64,000 nucleotides of DNA, taken from positions 256,001-320,000 of the forward strand of contig CAWDML010000005.1 in the NCBI GenBank assembly GCA_963803435.1. Reading direction: 5' to 3'. The position numbers were made by a program, and so were the translations under genes. Within the stretch, counting starts at the first letter, position 1. Every line of letters begins with the position of its first letter. The notes under the pieces are model-generated. The model was given only the letters and a program-made list of their open reading frames with translations, had not been told where the DNA came from and made no database searches. Shown piece by piece: positions 12,103-21,666 of the stretch. This stretch comes from an uncultured delta proteobacterium. GTDB taxonomy: Bacteria; Myxococcota; Kuafuiibacteriia; Kuafuiibacteriales; Kuafuiibacteriaceae.

Positions 12103-13677
12103 ATGGGCAGCGTGAAGATTGAGAGCTTTCTGCGCGGCGCGTGGCGGGCGGGCGCGGGAGAGGGTTCGACCCTGGTCAATCCGGCGACCGAGGACGTCGT
12201 CGCCACCGCGAGCACGCACGGGCTCGACCTTGGCGGTGCGCTCACCTTTCAGCGCGAGGTGGGCGGACCGAGCCTGCGCGCCCTCAGCTTCGCCGCCCGG
12301 GGCGAGCTGTTGCTCGAGCTGTCTCGCGCCCTGCACGCCGATCGGGAGCGCTTGATCGCGAGCGAGATCGAGAACGGCGGCTGCACCCGGGGCGACGCCA
12401 AGTTCGACGTCGACGGCGCCATCGCGGTCCTCGCGGCCTACGCCGAGGTTGGAAAGGCGCTCGGCGACCGCCGCGTGCTCCCCGACGGTGAAGGGATCCA
12501 GCTGGGGCGCAGCCCCCACTTTTGGGGCCAGCACGTGTACGTCCCGCGCACCGGCGTCGCGGTGCTGATCGACGCCTTCAACTTCCCGGCCTGGGGATTC
12601 GCCGAGAAGGCGGCCTGCGCCTGGCTCGCGGCGATGCCGGTCTTGATCAAGCCCGCGACCTCGACGGCGCTCACCGCCTATCTGGCGGCGCGCACCCTCG
12701 TCGACAGCGGCAAGCTCCCCGACGGTGCCATCGGGTTCGTCGGTGGGTCCGCCGGAGATCTCCTCGATCACCTCGGTGGACAGGACGTCGTCGCCTTCAC
12801 CGGGAGCGCGGACACCGGCGCGATGCTCCGGCGTCACCCGCGCATCATCGAGCACAGTGTTCCGCTCAACATCGAGGCCGACAGCTTGAACGCCGCGGTT
12901 CTCGGTCCCGACGTCGAGCAGGGCTCCGACACCTGGCAGCTCTTCATCCGGGAGGTGGTCCGGGAGATGACACAGAAGACCGGACAGAAGTGCACCGCGG
13001 TGCGGCGCATCGTGGTGCCGGAGGCGATCGCGGGCGAAGTCGCCGAGGCCATGGGCGAGCGGTTCCTCGAGATCACGATCGGCAACCCGGCAGACGAGGC
13101 CGTCCGGATGGGACCGCTGGCCACCGCCCAGCAGCGGGACGACACGCGGGCAGGGACGGCGTTGCTCCGCAAGGAGGCCGAGGTCGTGTTCGGCGATCCG
13201 GACGGCGCGGTGGGCGCGGTCGGTGTCGAGCCGGGCAAAGGGTACTTCTTCCCGATCGTCCTGCTGCGCGCCAAGAAGGCCGCGGAGGCCGCACATGTCC
13301 ATCGCCGCGAGGTCTTCGGACCGGTGGCCACGCTGCTTCCGTATTCGGCGGGTGTAGACGAAGCGGCCGCGCTGGTGCGTCTGGGCGGTGGAGGGTTGGT
13401 CGCATCGATCTTCAGCGACGACAAGCGATTCGTGGAGGCGGCCGTGCTCGGTATTGCGTCGCATCACGGGCGGGTCTACCTCGGCTCGGCCAAGGTCGCG
13501 GAGCTCGCCACCGGCTCGGGTCTCGTCCTTCCGCAGTGCGTCCACGGCGGTCCGGGCCGCGCGGGTGGAGGCGAGGAGCTCGGCGGTGCGCGCGGGGTGC
13601 AACGTTACCTGCACCGGATCGCTCTGCAGGGCGCACGCCCGGTGGTCGAGGCGATCACCGGCACCAAGCCCGCCTAG
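12103..13677 (+). CDS. Aldehyde dehydrogenase, PaaZ N-terminal / 3,4-dehydroadipyl-CoA semialdehyde dehydrogenase (BoxD) type, without MaoC domain
   Basis: [38 protein letters not shown], catalytic [28 protein letters not shown]. Confidence 0.85.
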   Translation: MGSVKIESFLRGAWRAGAGEGSTLVNPATEDVVATASTHGLDLGGALTFQREVGGPSLRALSFAARGELLLELSRALHADRERLIASEIENGGCTRGDAKFDVDGAIAVLAAYAEVGKALGDRRVLPDGEGIQLGRSPHFWGQHVYVPRTGVAVLIDAFNFPAWGFAEKAACAWLAAMPVLIKPATSTALTAYLAARTLVDSGKLPDGAIGFVGGSAGDLLDHLGGQDVVAFTGSADTGAMLRRHPRIIEHSVPLNIEADSLNAAVLGPDVEQGSDTWQLFIREVVREMTQKTGQKCTAVRRIVVPEAIAGEVAEAMGERFLEITIGNPADEAVRMGPLATAQQRDDTRAGTALLRKEAEVVFGDPDGAVGAVGVEPGKGYFFPIVLLRAKKAAEAAHVHRREVFGPVATLLPYSAGVDEAAALVRLGGGGLVASIFSDDKRFVEAAVLGIASHHGRVYLGSAKVAELATGSGLVLPQCVHGGPGRAGGGEELGGARGVQRYLHRIALQGARPVVEAITGTKPA

Positions 13678-13766
13678 ATTTTAGACCCTTTCACCCCACG
13701 ATCCCGCACACGAGCGCATGATGGATCGGGATCTTGGTTGGACCTAATCTCCCTACCAGGACCGGC

Positions 13767-16700
13767 ATGACGTCGATGCTCGAGGTGTTGCGGGAGTACA
13801 AGCACCTCACCGCGCGGAAGAAGAAGGAAGGTCAACTCCCGGCCAAGCTCGAAGAGCGGCTGCAGGAGCTGCATGGGTTGGTCCGCGCGAACGCACCTCA
13901 GGCGGCGGCACCGAGTCGACCGATGGAGGCCGCCTCGAGCGGCCCCTTTCCGGCGGCGGCCGCGGCGCCGCGAATGCCGTCGCAGGCGACGCCCCGCGTC
14001 GATGTGGAGCGCGAATCCACACCGGTGCCGATCACCAAGAAGAAGAATCGGAGGCTGAAGAAGCTCAGCGGGCTCGAGCTGATGCTCGCGTATCTCCCCA
14101 AGGATCCGCGACGCCGGCAGCTGGTGCTGTGGGGGATGGTGGCGCTCTGCTTCCTGCTCGGGATCGGCCTCGCGATCATCTTCGGTCTCTCCCTCGATCG
14201 TGCTGTCTCCAACCTGCTCCCGGCGATGACGACGATCGGCGGGGTCGGCTGGGCCGGGCTTTATCCGCTGCTGATGTCGTGGCGCGAGTACGTGGCGCGC
14301 AAGAGCGAGGACCACCTCCACTCCCCGGACTTCGAGGCGAAGGCGCCGGTCGTCGAGCCGTTCGTCGCGATCTTCGTCCTGCTGGCCGCGGTGATCTGGC
14401 TGATGGTGAGCGGGTACACGTCGGAGGGCGTCGGTCCGATCCTGGGCTATCTGGTCGGCATGAGCCTCGGCCTGGTCTCGGTGGCCGCGGCGGCGATCCT
14501 GATCGTGCGGCCGATCTTCGTGAAGCGGACCGAGGAGCGCTCGTTCAACCAGTACCTCGACGCCGGCGAGCACAACCTCAAGAAGAACAACACGAAGCGG
14601 GCGCGCCGGATGTTCGACAAGGCGCTCATGGTCGCCAAGTCGGATCAGCTGATCGAGCGGGCGGCGCGACACCTGAGGGACGCCACCGTCAAGGAGGCGG
14701 ACGAGCTGCGGTCGAAGGGCCTCCACGATCAAGCGGAGCGCTTGATCGAGGCGACGCGACAGAAGCGCGGGATGGCGTACCTCTCCGGTTGGGGCGGTCC
14801 GGCGGTGCGGGAGGCCGAGGTCGAGCCCGAGGACGTCTCGGTGATCAGCGTGAAGGACGTGCTTGCGCAGCAGTCCCCACCCAAGCTGCTCCGGATGGGT
14901 TCGGTGAAGGTCGCTGCCGAGGGGCCCACGCCGAGCGACGGCGACGGGCGGGCGGCGCTCCAGCGCGCGCAGATCCTCGAGAAGCGCGGCCGCGCGCGGG
15001 AGGCGCTCGAGGTGCTGGTGAGCTCCGACCTGCCGGTGACCCCGAGCGTCGCACGCGATGCCTCCAAGGAGTACATCGCGCAAGGTATGTTGCGGTCCGC
15101 CGACGTGATCTTCGAGGCGCTCGGCGAGGAACAGATCCCAGAGTTCTACAAGGCGGTCGCGCTGGAGCTGGAGCGCAGCAACGGCGGGAACCCTCCGCCG
15201 GAGGCCTGCCTGCGGCTGGCCAAGAAGCTGTCGCAGGCGCAGGACCTGAAGGCGGCGGCGCAGATCATGTGTCGCGGCGCCCTGTCGACCGACGGGACCG
15301 AGCAGGAGCGCCGCCACCTGGGCCAGCTCGCGATGGAGCTCTGCGTCCAGGTGGGCGCGCAACCGCCGCCTGAGCTGTTCGAGGCGCTCGGGCAGCTGGA
15401 CGCCGCCGCCCACGCGTACGAGACGGAGAAGCGCCCCGACGACGCCAAGCGTGCCTGGTACAAGCTGGCCGACAAGCTGCTCGCGCACGGGTCGCCGAAG
15501 CAGTACACGCCGGTGCTGTCGAAGCTCTTTCTCCTCGACGATCGCGCACTCGACGACAAGTATCTCGGTCCGCTCGCGGAGCAGGTGCTCGCCGCCCGAT
15601 CGACCACCAGCGCCAGCCTCAAGGTGCTGCAGACCTATCGGAAGCGAAACCCGACCGACCGCAAGATCGCCCGCCGATTGTTCGAGCTGTACACGGCCTC
15701 GGGCCGCCTCGACGACGCCCTGGTGGAGCTCGATCAGCTCTCCAAGCACGCGGACTCGACCACACACCTGCTCGAGGACTTCCAGCTCCTCGCCGACAGG
15801 TACCCCGACAGCTTCGACGTGCGCGCTCGGCTGGTGTCGGCCCAGCTCCGCATCGGCAAGGTCAAAGAGGCTGTGCTCGAGGTGAACGAGCTGATGAAGC
15901 TCGAAGCGGCGAGGTCCCGTCCCCAGGATTTGGTGCGCGTGCTCGAGTCGCTGTTCGAGTGGGGGCACTCGGATTCGGAGCTGAAGAAGGAAGCGGCGCT
16001 CCTGAAGCTGGCGACCGGCGACGACGCCGGCGCGCTCCAGATGCTCGAGACCTACGTGCTCGGCGGCGGTCGCGATCCCGAGGCCATCCAGCACGTGGAG
16101 GAGACGCTCCGGACCAGCCTGGTCAGCGGCTCGGGCGGCCCCAACCACGAGGCGCACATGCGGCTCGCGCGGTTCATGCTCCACCGCGGCGCGCCCGAGG
16201 AGGCGATCCCGCTGCTCGAGGTGTGCCGCCAGTCCACGACCTTCGCGTTCGAGGCGGAGATCTTGCTCGCTCGCGCCCACCTGGCGGCGTCGAACCCGCG
16301 CTCCGCCATCGACTATCTGCGCGACGCGATCGGCGGCCGCGGTCTCTCGGAGACCCCCGAGCTGCACTTCGAGCTCGCGCGCGCGTTCGAGGAGCTGGGA
16401 CACCTGGCGCAGGCTCAGAAGATCGACGACGCGCTCGACATGGCGATGCCCGGCTTCCGCAAGGAATACCTGGCCGACCGGCTCGTGTTCGAGAAGGCCG
16501 ACACGCAGTGGATACCGCCGATGGGCTTCGCCGACCCCGAGAGCCCGGCGAAGAACGACCCCGCCGATGGCTCGGTCGCGGGCGGCCCCACCGTGCTCGG
16601 CACCACCACCGGAATCGATCCGAAGCGGACGGTGGCCGATCCCGCTGAGCCTGCCGAGGCGCTGGATCTCTCGGAGGTCCTGGCGCCGCGCTACCAGCTC

Positions 16701-17516
16701 AAGAAGCGCGTGGGCTCCGGAGGCATGGGCGACGTCCACATGGCGGAGGATCTGATCCTTGGTCGCCGCGTGGCGATCAAGGTCCTCCGGCGATCGCTCG
16801 CCACCGATCTGTTCCTGGCGAAGTTCAAGGAAGAGGCGCGCATCGTCGCTCAGCTCACGCACCCCGGGATCGTGCAGGTCTACGACATCGGCCAGCGCGC
16901 CACGTGGGCGTACATCGTGATGGAGTACGTCGCCGGGCCGAACCTCGCCACCCTGGTCTCGGCCGCCACGCCGCCGCCCCGACCGCAGCTGCTCAACGTG
17001 ATGGCCGACGTCGCGGACGCGATGAGCTATGCGCACAAGCGCGGCGTCATCCATCGCGATCTCAAGCCCGCGAACATCCTGGTGGCGGTCGACGGCGTGG
17101 CGAAGGTGACAGACTTCGGCATCGCGCACGTGCTGCAGGGCGACGGTGGTGAGGAGACGGCGTTCTCGGCCGCGGGGATGCAGGTGGGGACTGTCAACTA
17201 CATGGCGCCCGAGCAGATCCGTGGCAAGAAGATCGATCCACGGACCGACATCTATCTGCTCGGCACGACGCTCTACTACTGCCTGTCCGGGAAGTATCCG
17301 TTCGTGGGGGACGCGATCGTGATCCAGAAGATCAAGAGCGATCCCACGCCGATCGAGAGATACGTCCCCAATGTGACGGCGGAGCTGTCGGCGTTCGTGA
17401 TGAAGTGCATCGCGCGCAACCCTGACGACCGCTGGCAGTCGATGGAGGAGGTCGGCCAGAAGCTGCGACGCCTACCCGATGCCCTCGCCGACGCGCGCAC
17501 CGAGCTGTTGAGGTAG
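13767..17516 (+). CDS. Membrane-anchored TPR-repeat protein with C-terminal Ser/Thr kinase
   Basis: About four hydrophobic TM segments, long TPR-like helical region, C-terminal kinase GSGGMG, VAIK, HRDLKPAN, DFG, YMAPEQ. Confidence 0.9.
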   Translation: MTSMLEVLREYKHLTARKKKEGQLPAKLEERLQELHGLVRANAPQAAAPSRPMEAASSGPFPAAAAAPRMPSQATPRVDVERESTPVPITKKKNRRLKKLSGLELMLAYLPKDPRRRQLVLWGMVALCFLLGIGLAIIFGLSLDRAVSNLLPAMTTIGGVGWAGLYPLLMSWREYVARKSEDHLHSPDFEAKAPVVEPFVAIFVLLAAVIWLMVSGYTSEGVGPILGYLVGMSLGLVSVAAAAILIVRPIFVKRTEERSFNQYLDAGEHNLKKNNTKRARRMFDKALMVAKSDQLIERAARHLRDATVKEADELRSKGLHDQAERLIEATRQKRGMAYLSGWGGPAVREAEVEPEDVSVISVKDVLAQQSPPKLLRMGSVKVAAEGPTPSDGDGRAALQRAQILEKRGRAREALEVLVSSDLPVTPSVARDASKEYIAQGMLRSADVIFEALGEEQIPEFYKAVALELERSNGGNPPPEACLRLAKKLSQAQDLKAAAQIMCRGALSTDGTEQERRHLGQLAMELCVQVGAQPPPELFEALGQLDAAAHAYETEKRPDDAKRAWYKLADKLLAHGSPKQYTPVLSKLFLLDDRALDDKYLGPLAEQVLAARSTTSASLKVLQTYRKRNPTDRKIARRLFELYTASGRLDDALVELDQLSKHADSTTHLLEDFQLLADRYPDSFDVRARLVSAQLRIGKVKEAVLEVNELMKLEAARSRPQDLVRVLESLFEWGHSDSELKKEAALLKLATGDDAGALQMLETYVLGGGRDPEAIQHVEETLRTSLVSGSGGPNHEAHMRLARFMLHRGAPEEAIPLLEVCRQSTTFAFEAEILLARAHLAASNPRSAIDYLRDAIGGRGLSETPELHFELARAFEELGHLAQAQKIDDALDMAMPGFRKEYLADRLVFEKADTQWIPPMGFADPESPAKNDPADGSVAGGPTVLGTTTGIDPKRTVADPAEPAEALDLSEVLAPRYQLKKRVGSGGMGDVHMAEDLILGRRVAIKVLRRSLATDLFLAKFKEEARIVAQLTHPGIVQVYDIGQRATWAYIVMEYVAGPNLATLVSAATPPPRPQLLNVMADVADAMSYAHKRGVIHRDLKPANILVAVDGVAKVTDFGIAHVLQGDGGEETAFSAAGMQVGTVNYMAPEQIRGKKIDPRTDIYLLGTTLYYCLSGKYPFVGDAIVIQKIKSDPTPIERYVPNVTAELSAFVMKCIARNPDDRWQSMEEVGQKLRRLPDALADARTELLR

Positions 17517-17525
17517 GATTCAGAC

Positions 17526-20306
17526 GTGACGCGCCGCCTACCGGCAGAGCTCGGGGAGGTGATCGGAGGCTACCGCCTCGACGAGCTCATCAGTCGCGGA
17601 GGGATGGGATCGGTCTACAAGGCCACCCACGCGGTGCTGGGGCGGATCGCTTGCGTGAAGGTGCTCGACCGCTCCCTGGCGATGGACGACGGTTACGTGG
17701 CCCGCTTCCTCAAGGAGGCGAAGATCGTCAACGACGTCCGACACGAGAACATCGTCGACATCTTCGACTTCGTACAGTCGCAGAGCCCACGCCGGGTCGC
17801 ATGCATCATGGAGTACATCCACGGACGCACGCTGAACTCCGTGCTCGCGCAAGGTGCGTTGACGGTGGTCCAGTCGGTCAATGCGACCCTCCAGCTGATC
17901 GATGCGCTGCGCGCCGTGCACGCGAAGGGCGTGATTCATCGCGACATCAAGCCGAACAACATCATGGTGGTGGCGCCGTTCCAGTCTGACTTCTCGGTCC
18001 ACCCCGCCGTGAAGATCCTCGACTTCGGCATCGCCAAGGTCGAAGGCTCGAACTCTATCAAGACGGGCCCCGGGACCATGCTGGGTACGCCGGCGTACAT
18101 GGCGCCGGAGCAGATATCGGGCGACCGCATCACGGCCAAGACCGACGTCTATGCGCTCGGCGAGATCTTCTATGAGATGGTGTCGGCGCACCGCATCTAC
18201 AGCGGCACCAATGCCAACGACATCATCAAGCTGAAGCTGCTCGGCGAGCTCCCGGCGCTGCGCTTCCCGGCGCACCTTCGGGGCGTGGAGCGGATCCGGT
18301 GGATGATCGAGGCTTGCCTGTCCTCCGACGCCGGCCGCCGGCCTGCGCTCGGCGATCTCGAGGTCGCGCTCCTCGAGATCCGGCGCGAGAACCAGGGCCC
18401 GATCGCGACGCGGCCGGTCCTCGAGCGCACGCCGTCGGTCCCTCCCCCCGGCGACACCGAGCCCGTTCCGGCTCCGTCGCAGGCGGTGCGCCGCATCGGT
18501 GAGTACTACTGCTTCGCCGAGCTCCCCGCCCGCGGCATGACCCAGGCCTTCGTCGCTCGCAAGCAGGGTCAGGTCGAGATCTGCACGCTCAAGCGGCTGC
18601 TCCAGCACCTGACGGAGAACGCGACGGCGACGGCGCGCTTCACCCGCGAGGCCCGGATCGCCCAGCACCTCGTTCATCCGCGACTGGCGCGCCTGTTCGA
18701 CGCTTCGATCCAGGAGTCGACGCTGGTCCTGGCCAGCGAGTTCATCATCGGACAGCCGCTCGACGCCATCTTCGATCGCCTGCTCGACATGGGGCAGCGG
18801 ATGCCCCTCCAGGTCCTCGCGCCGATCGCGCTGGGTGTGCTCGACGGTCTCGCCTACGCCCACGCGGCCACCGACACCGCCGGGCGGCCGCTCTCGATCG
18901 TCCACCGTGACCTCACACCGAACGCGATCATCGTGGCGTTCAGCGGTGACGTGAAGATCCGCGACTTCGGGATCGCGCGCGCTTCGGTCGACGACTTCAG
19001 GACCTCGCCGGGGATGGCGGTCGGCTCGATCGAATACATGTCACCGGAGCAGGCGCGCTCGCAGCCGATCGATCATCGGAGCGATCTCTACACGTTCTCG
19101 ACGGTGCTCTACGAGGCGCTCTCCGGCCGGCCGGTGGTGCGCCAGGGCGCGACCATCCTCGATACGCTCAAGAGCGTCACCGGCGACAGGCCGCCCCCGC
19201 TCACCGAGGCGCGACCGGACCTGACGGCTCCGCTGGTGGCCGCGATCGAACGCGGTCTGGAGAAGGATCCGGCGCGGCGCTGGCAGGGCGCCGCCGAGTA
19301 TCGCGCGGCGCTGGGCGCGGCGCTCGGCCGCTTCTCGGACGCGTCCCTCGACGTGGTGGGCGACTTCCTGCGGGCGCTGATGCCCGAGGAGGAGCAGCGC
19401 GCCGTGGATCTGCTGGCGCAGATCCGCGAGGCCGGAGAGCAGCTCCCGGTCCGCGCCCCATTGGCAAGCGGAGCGCGTGGCGAGCGCGAGCGAGCGGAGG
19501 CGGGTGCGGGCGCTTCGCCCGAGCGGGCTCCGCTGGCAAGCGGAGGGCGCAGCGAGCGCCCGCGAGCCGAGGCGGGTCCGGAGCAGGCGCACGAGCCGAC
19601 AATCACGGTCCGCCGCCGCACCGCCGAGGAGCCGGGCGCCGACGAGCACGAGCCGTCGGTGATGACGATGCCGGGTGCGCCGGCCCCGCTGGAGCGGGGC
19701 TCGAGCGTGGCCCCGATCCCGCGCGTGGTGAGTGTGGCGACCAGCAGCCCGTCGCCCCGGGTGCCCTGGCTGGCGGGCGGAATCGCGGTCGCGGCGGTGG
19801 TGCTGCTGCTGGCGGTCGTGCTGGTGCGGCCGCCCGCGCCTGATCGCGCGCCCCAGGATCTGGCCCGCGTGGAGGCCGTCGAGGTCGAGCCCGAGGTGGC
19901 GCCGAAGGCACCGCCGTACGAGCAGCCGGTCGCGGTCGAAGAGGCGGAGGCGGTCGAGGCGCGGAAGCCGGCCGCGAAGCCGCAGGGCAAGCGGCCGCAC
20001 CCGGCTGTGGTGAAGCCGCCGCCCCGCGCGGTTCCGCCGCCTCCCGAACCCCCTCGGCCCCCGCCGGCCCGGACCATCCCGTTCGCGGGGATCCGACGCC
20101 AGCTCGCCCAGCTCCGCTCGAACCCGAAGGACGTGAAGCTGTTCGATCAGACGCTCGCTGCGATCTCGCAGGCCACCCGCGATCTCCCGGCCGACGGACG
20201 CCGCCGCGTGAAGGTCGATCTCGACGCGGCCGAGCGCACGTACGACGTGGAGCTGCTGGCGGCCGCGCTCAACAAGCTCGCGCTCGAGACTGCCCGCTCC
20301 AAGTGA
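17526..20306 (+). CDS. Tandem double-domain Ser/Thr kinase (second domain degenerate) with TM helix and extracytoplasmic tail
   Basis: Domain 1: SRGGMG, VK, HRDIKPNN, DFG, MAPEQ. Domain 2: PARGMT, TLK, HRDLTPNA, DFG, MSPEQ. TM WLAGGIAVAAVVLLLAVVLV. Confidence 0.9.
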   Translation: MTRRLPAELGEVIGGYRLDELISRGGMGSVYKATHAVLGRIACVKVLDRSLAMDDGYVARFLKEAKIVNDVRHENIVDIFDFVQSQSPRRVACIMEYIHGRTLNSVLAQGALTVVQSVNATLQLIDALRAVHAKGVIHRDIKPNNIMVVAPFQSDFSVHPAVKILDFGIAKVEGSNSIKTGPGTMLGTPAYMAPEQISGDRITAKTDVYALGEIFYEMVSAHRIYSGTNANDIIKLKLLGELPALRFPAHLRGVERIRWMIEACLSSDAGRRPALGDLEVALLEIRRENQGPIATRPVLERTPSVPPPGDTEPVPAPSQAVRRIGEYYCFAELPARGMTQAFVARKQGQVEICTLKRLLQHLTENATATARFTREARIAQHLVHPRLARLFDASIQESTLVLASEFIIGQPLDAIFDRLLDMGQRMPLQVLAPIALGVLDGLAYAHAATDTAGRPLSIVHRDLTPNAIIVAFSGDVKIRDFGIARASVDDFRTSPGMAVGSIEYMSPEQARSQPIDHRSDLYTFSTVLYEALSGRPVVRQGATILDTLKSVTGDRPPPLTEARPDLTAPLVAAIERGLEKDPARRWQGAAEYRAALGAALGRFSDASLDVVGDFLRALMPEEEQRAVDLLAQIREAGEQLPVRAPLASGARGERERAEAGAGASPERAPLASGGRSERPRAEAGPEQAHEPTITVRRRTAEEPGADEHEPSVMTMPGAPAPLERGSSVAPIPRVVSVATSSPSPRVPWLAGGIAVAAVVLLLAVVLVRPPAPDRAPQDLARVEAVEVEPEVAPKAPPYEQPVAVEEAEAVEARKPAAKPQGKRPHPAVVKPPPRAVPPPPEPPRPPPARTIPFAGIRRQLAQLRSNPKDVKLFDQTLAAISQATRDLPADGRRRVKVDLDAAERTYDVELLAAALNKLALETARSK
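19452..19577 (+). repeat. In-frame ~54-bp direct repeat (period 72 bp) flanking a CGGGCG-CTT-CGCCCG hairpin in the kinase linker
   Basis: tggcaagcggag...gcgagcgc...cgagc.gaggcgggt occurs twice, translating RAPLASG..ER.RAEAG twice. Confidence 0.7.
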
Positions 20307-20313
20307 TCGACGA

Positions 20314-21666
20314 TCACTTCTCCAGGCAGGGATCCTCGACGTCGGTTCGCTCGAAGACGAAGAGGAAGCCTTCCCGCAGCAGCCCACCCATCAGCAGGAA
20401 GCCGCGATCGCCGAGGGCCACCACCCGCGCGCTGTCGACGTTGACGATGTCGATCGGGCAATAGCCTGCGACCGGATCCCAGGATCCCCAGCTGGTACGC
20501 CCATAGAAGAACCCGCGGTTCGTCGGTACGATCGTCCGCACCTGGCTGTCGATCCTCGAGTCGTGCTCGACCTCGAAGTCGCCGTCGTGCTCCCGGATGA
20601 TGCGGCCGTTGCGCGTTCCGACGATGAGCCCGAGCCCGGGGATGAAGGCGACTGCGGTCGGCCGCTCGCCCTCGGGCATGCCCACGAGGCTCAGCACGTT
20701 GTCCCGATAGCGGAGGAGCTGGTTGCTGTCTGTCGAGATGCCGCTCGCCACCGCCTCATTGGTCTTGATCCACGCGACGCTGTACGCACCGTACTCGAAG
20801 TTGATCTCGCCCATGCCGACGCCGCGGGCCAGCTGCCTCCAGCCGGTGCCGTCGAACCGCTCGAGAGGGCCCTGGAAGCTGGTGCGGTAGATCTCGGTGG
20901 GTCCCACGCGCGCGCCGTCCACCAGCGTGAGATCGGAGATCGTGGCCCCTCTCGTCTGCACGATCGACATGCCCACCTCGGGATCGCCGTGGGCCACCGT
21001 CCCGTCGCGTCCGACCATCCAGAGGGTTCCATCGTTGGCCTCGAACCCGGCGCGGTTGGGCGTATCCGTCGAGATCTGCGTGAGCTGGCGGGCGTTGCGA
21101 TCGGCGTCGAGCTCGTAGAACGTCCCGTCGGCGTTCGCGACGATGGCCTTGCCGTTCTTCCGCGGCACGATGGCGGTGGGCGTCGACGTCCCCACCGTGA
21201 ACGTCGCGTCCAGCGGCGCGAGCCGGATGCCGTACAGGCGGCAGAGGTTCCGCTCCGGCAGCTCGACGCTCCGGAGCGCGTCGTCGATCTCGGTGGCGTC
21301 GGCGTCGGCCCAGGGCGTCTGCTCGGCCCCGTCGTGTGACGAGAGCACCGACCGGGGCGCAGGCAGCTCCAGGCGCGGGGCCGGCTCGGCGAGGAGCGAT
21401 TGTCGCCCCGCCTTCAGGCCCAGCACGTCGAGCGGACACGTGAAGTTGACCGAGTACAGATCGATCTCTCGGGGACGCGTGAACGTGGGAAACGCCGGGG
21501 CGCTCCCATCCCCGGGGACGTCGACCGCGAACGCCAGCCGGTAGCCGTCCGCCACCGCGAACAGGAGCATGCTCTTCGTCCCGGCCGGAGGCTCGGGCGG
21601 GTCGAGCGAGGTGGTGGCGTGGCAGCCCCCGATCGACAGGACCACCGCCAGCAGCGAGCGCTTCAC
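20314..21666 (-). CDS. Lipoprotein with probable beta-propeller C-terminal region
   Basis: GTG start overlapping the upstream stop (GTGA); lipobox-like LSIGGC; repeated beta-blade patterns (GTLWMVGRDG, ERFDGTGW, LIVGTRNG). Confidence 0.7.
   Translation of the reverse strand: MKRSLLAVVLSIGGCHATTSLDPPEPPAGTKSMLLFAVADGYRLAFAVDVPGDGSAPAFPTFTRPREIDLYSVNFTCPLDVLGLKAGRQSLLAEPAPRLELPAPRSVLSSHDGAEQTPWADADATEIDDALRSVELPERNLCRLYGIRLAPLDATFTVGTSTPTAIVPRKNGKAIVANADGTFYELDADRNARQLTQISTDTPNRAGFEANDGTLWMVGRDGTVAHGDPEVGMSIVQTRGATISDLTLVDGARVGPTEIYRTSFQGPLERFDGTGWRQLARGVGMGEINFEYGAYSVAWIKTNEAVASGISTDSNQLLRYRDNVLSLVGMPEGERPTAVAFIPGLGLIVGTRNGRIIREHDGDFEVEHDSRIDSQVRTIVPTNRGFFYGRTSWGSWDPVAGYCPIDIVNVDSARVVALGDRGFLLMGGLLREGFLFVFERTDVEDPCLEK

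Noticed and set aside
13674-17129. 1151-aa minus-strand ORF and similar long antisense ORFs (730-2682, 33565-35601, 41909-44611, 58811-61204)
   Set aside because: Shadow ORFs caused by high GC3; no motifs, and fully overlapped by well-supported genes
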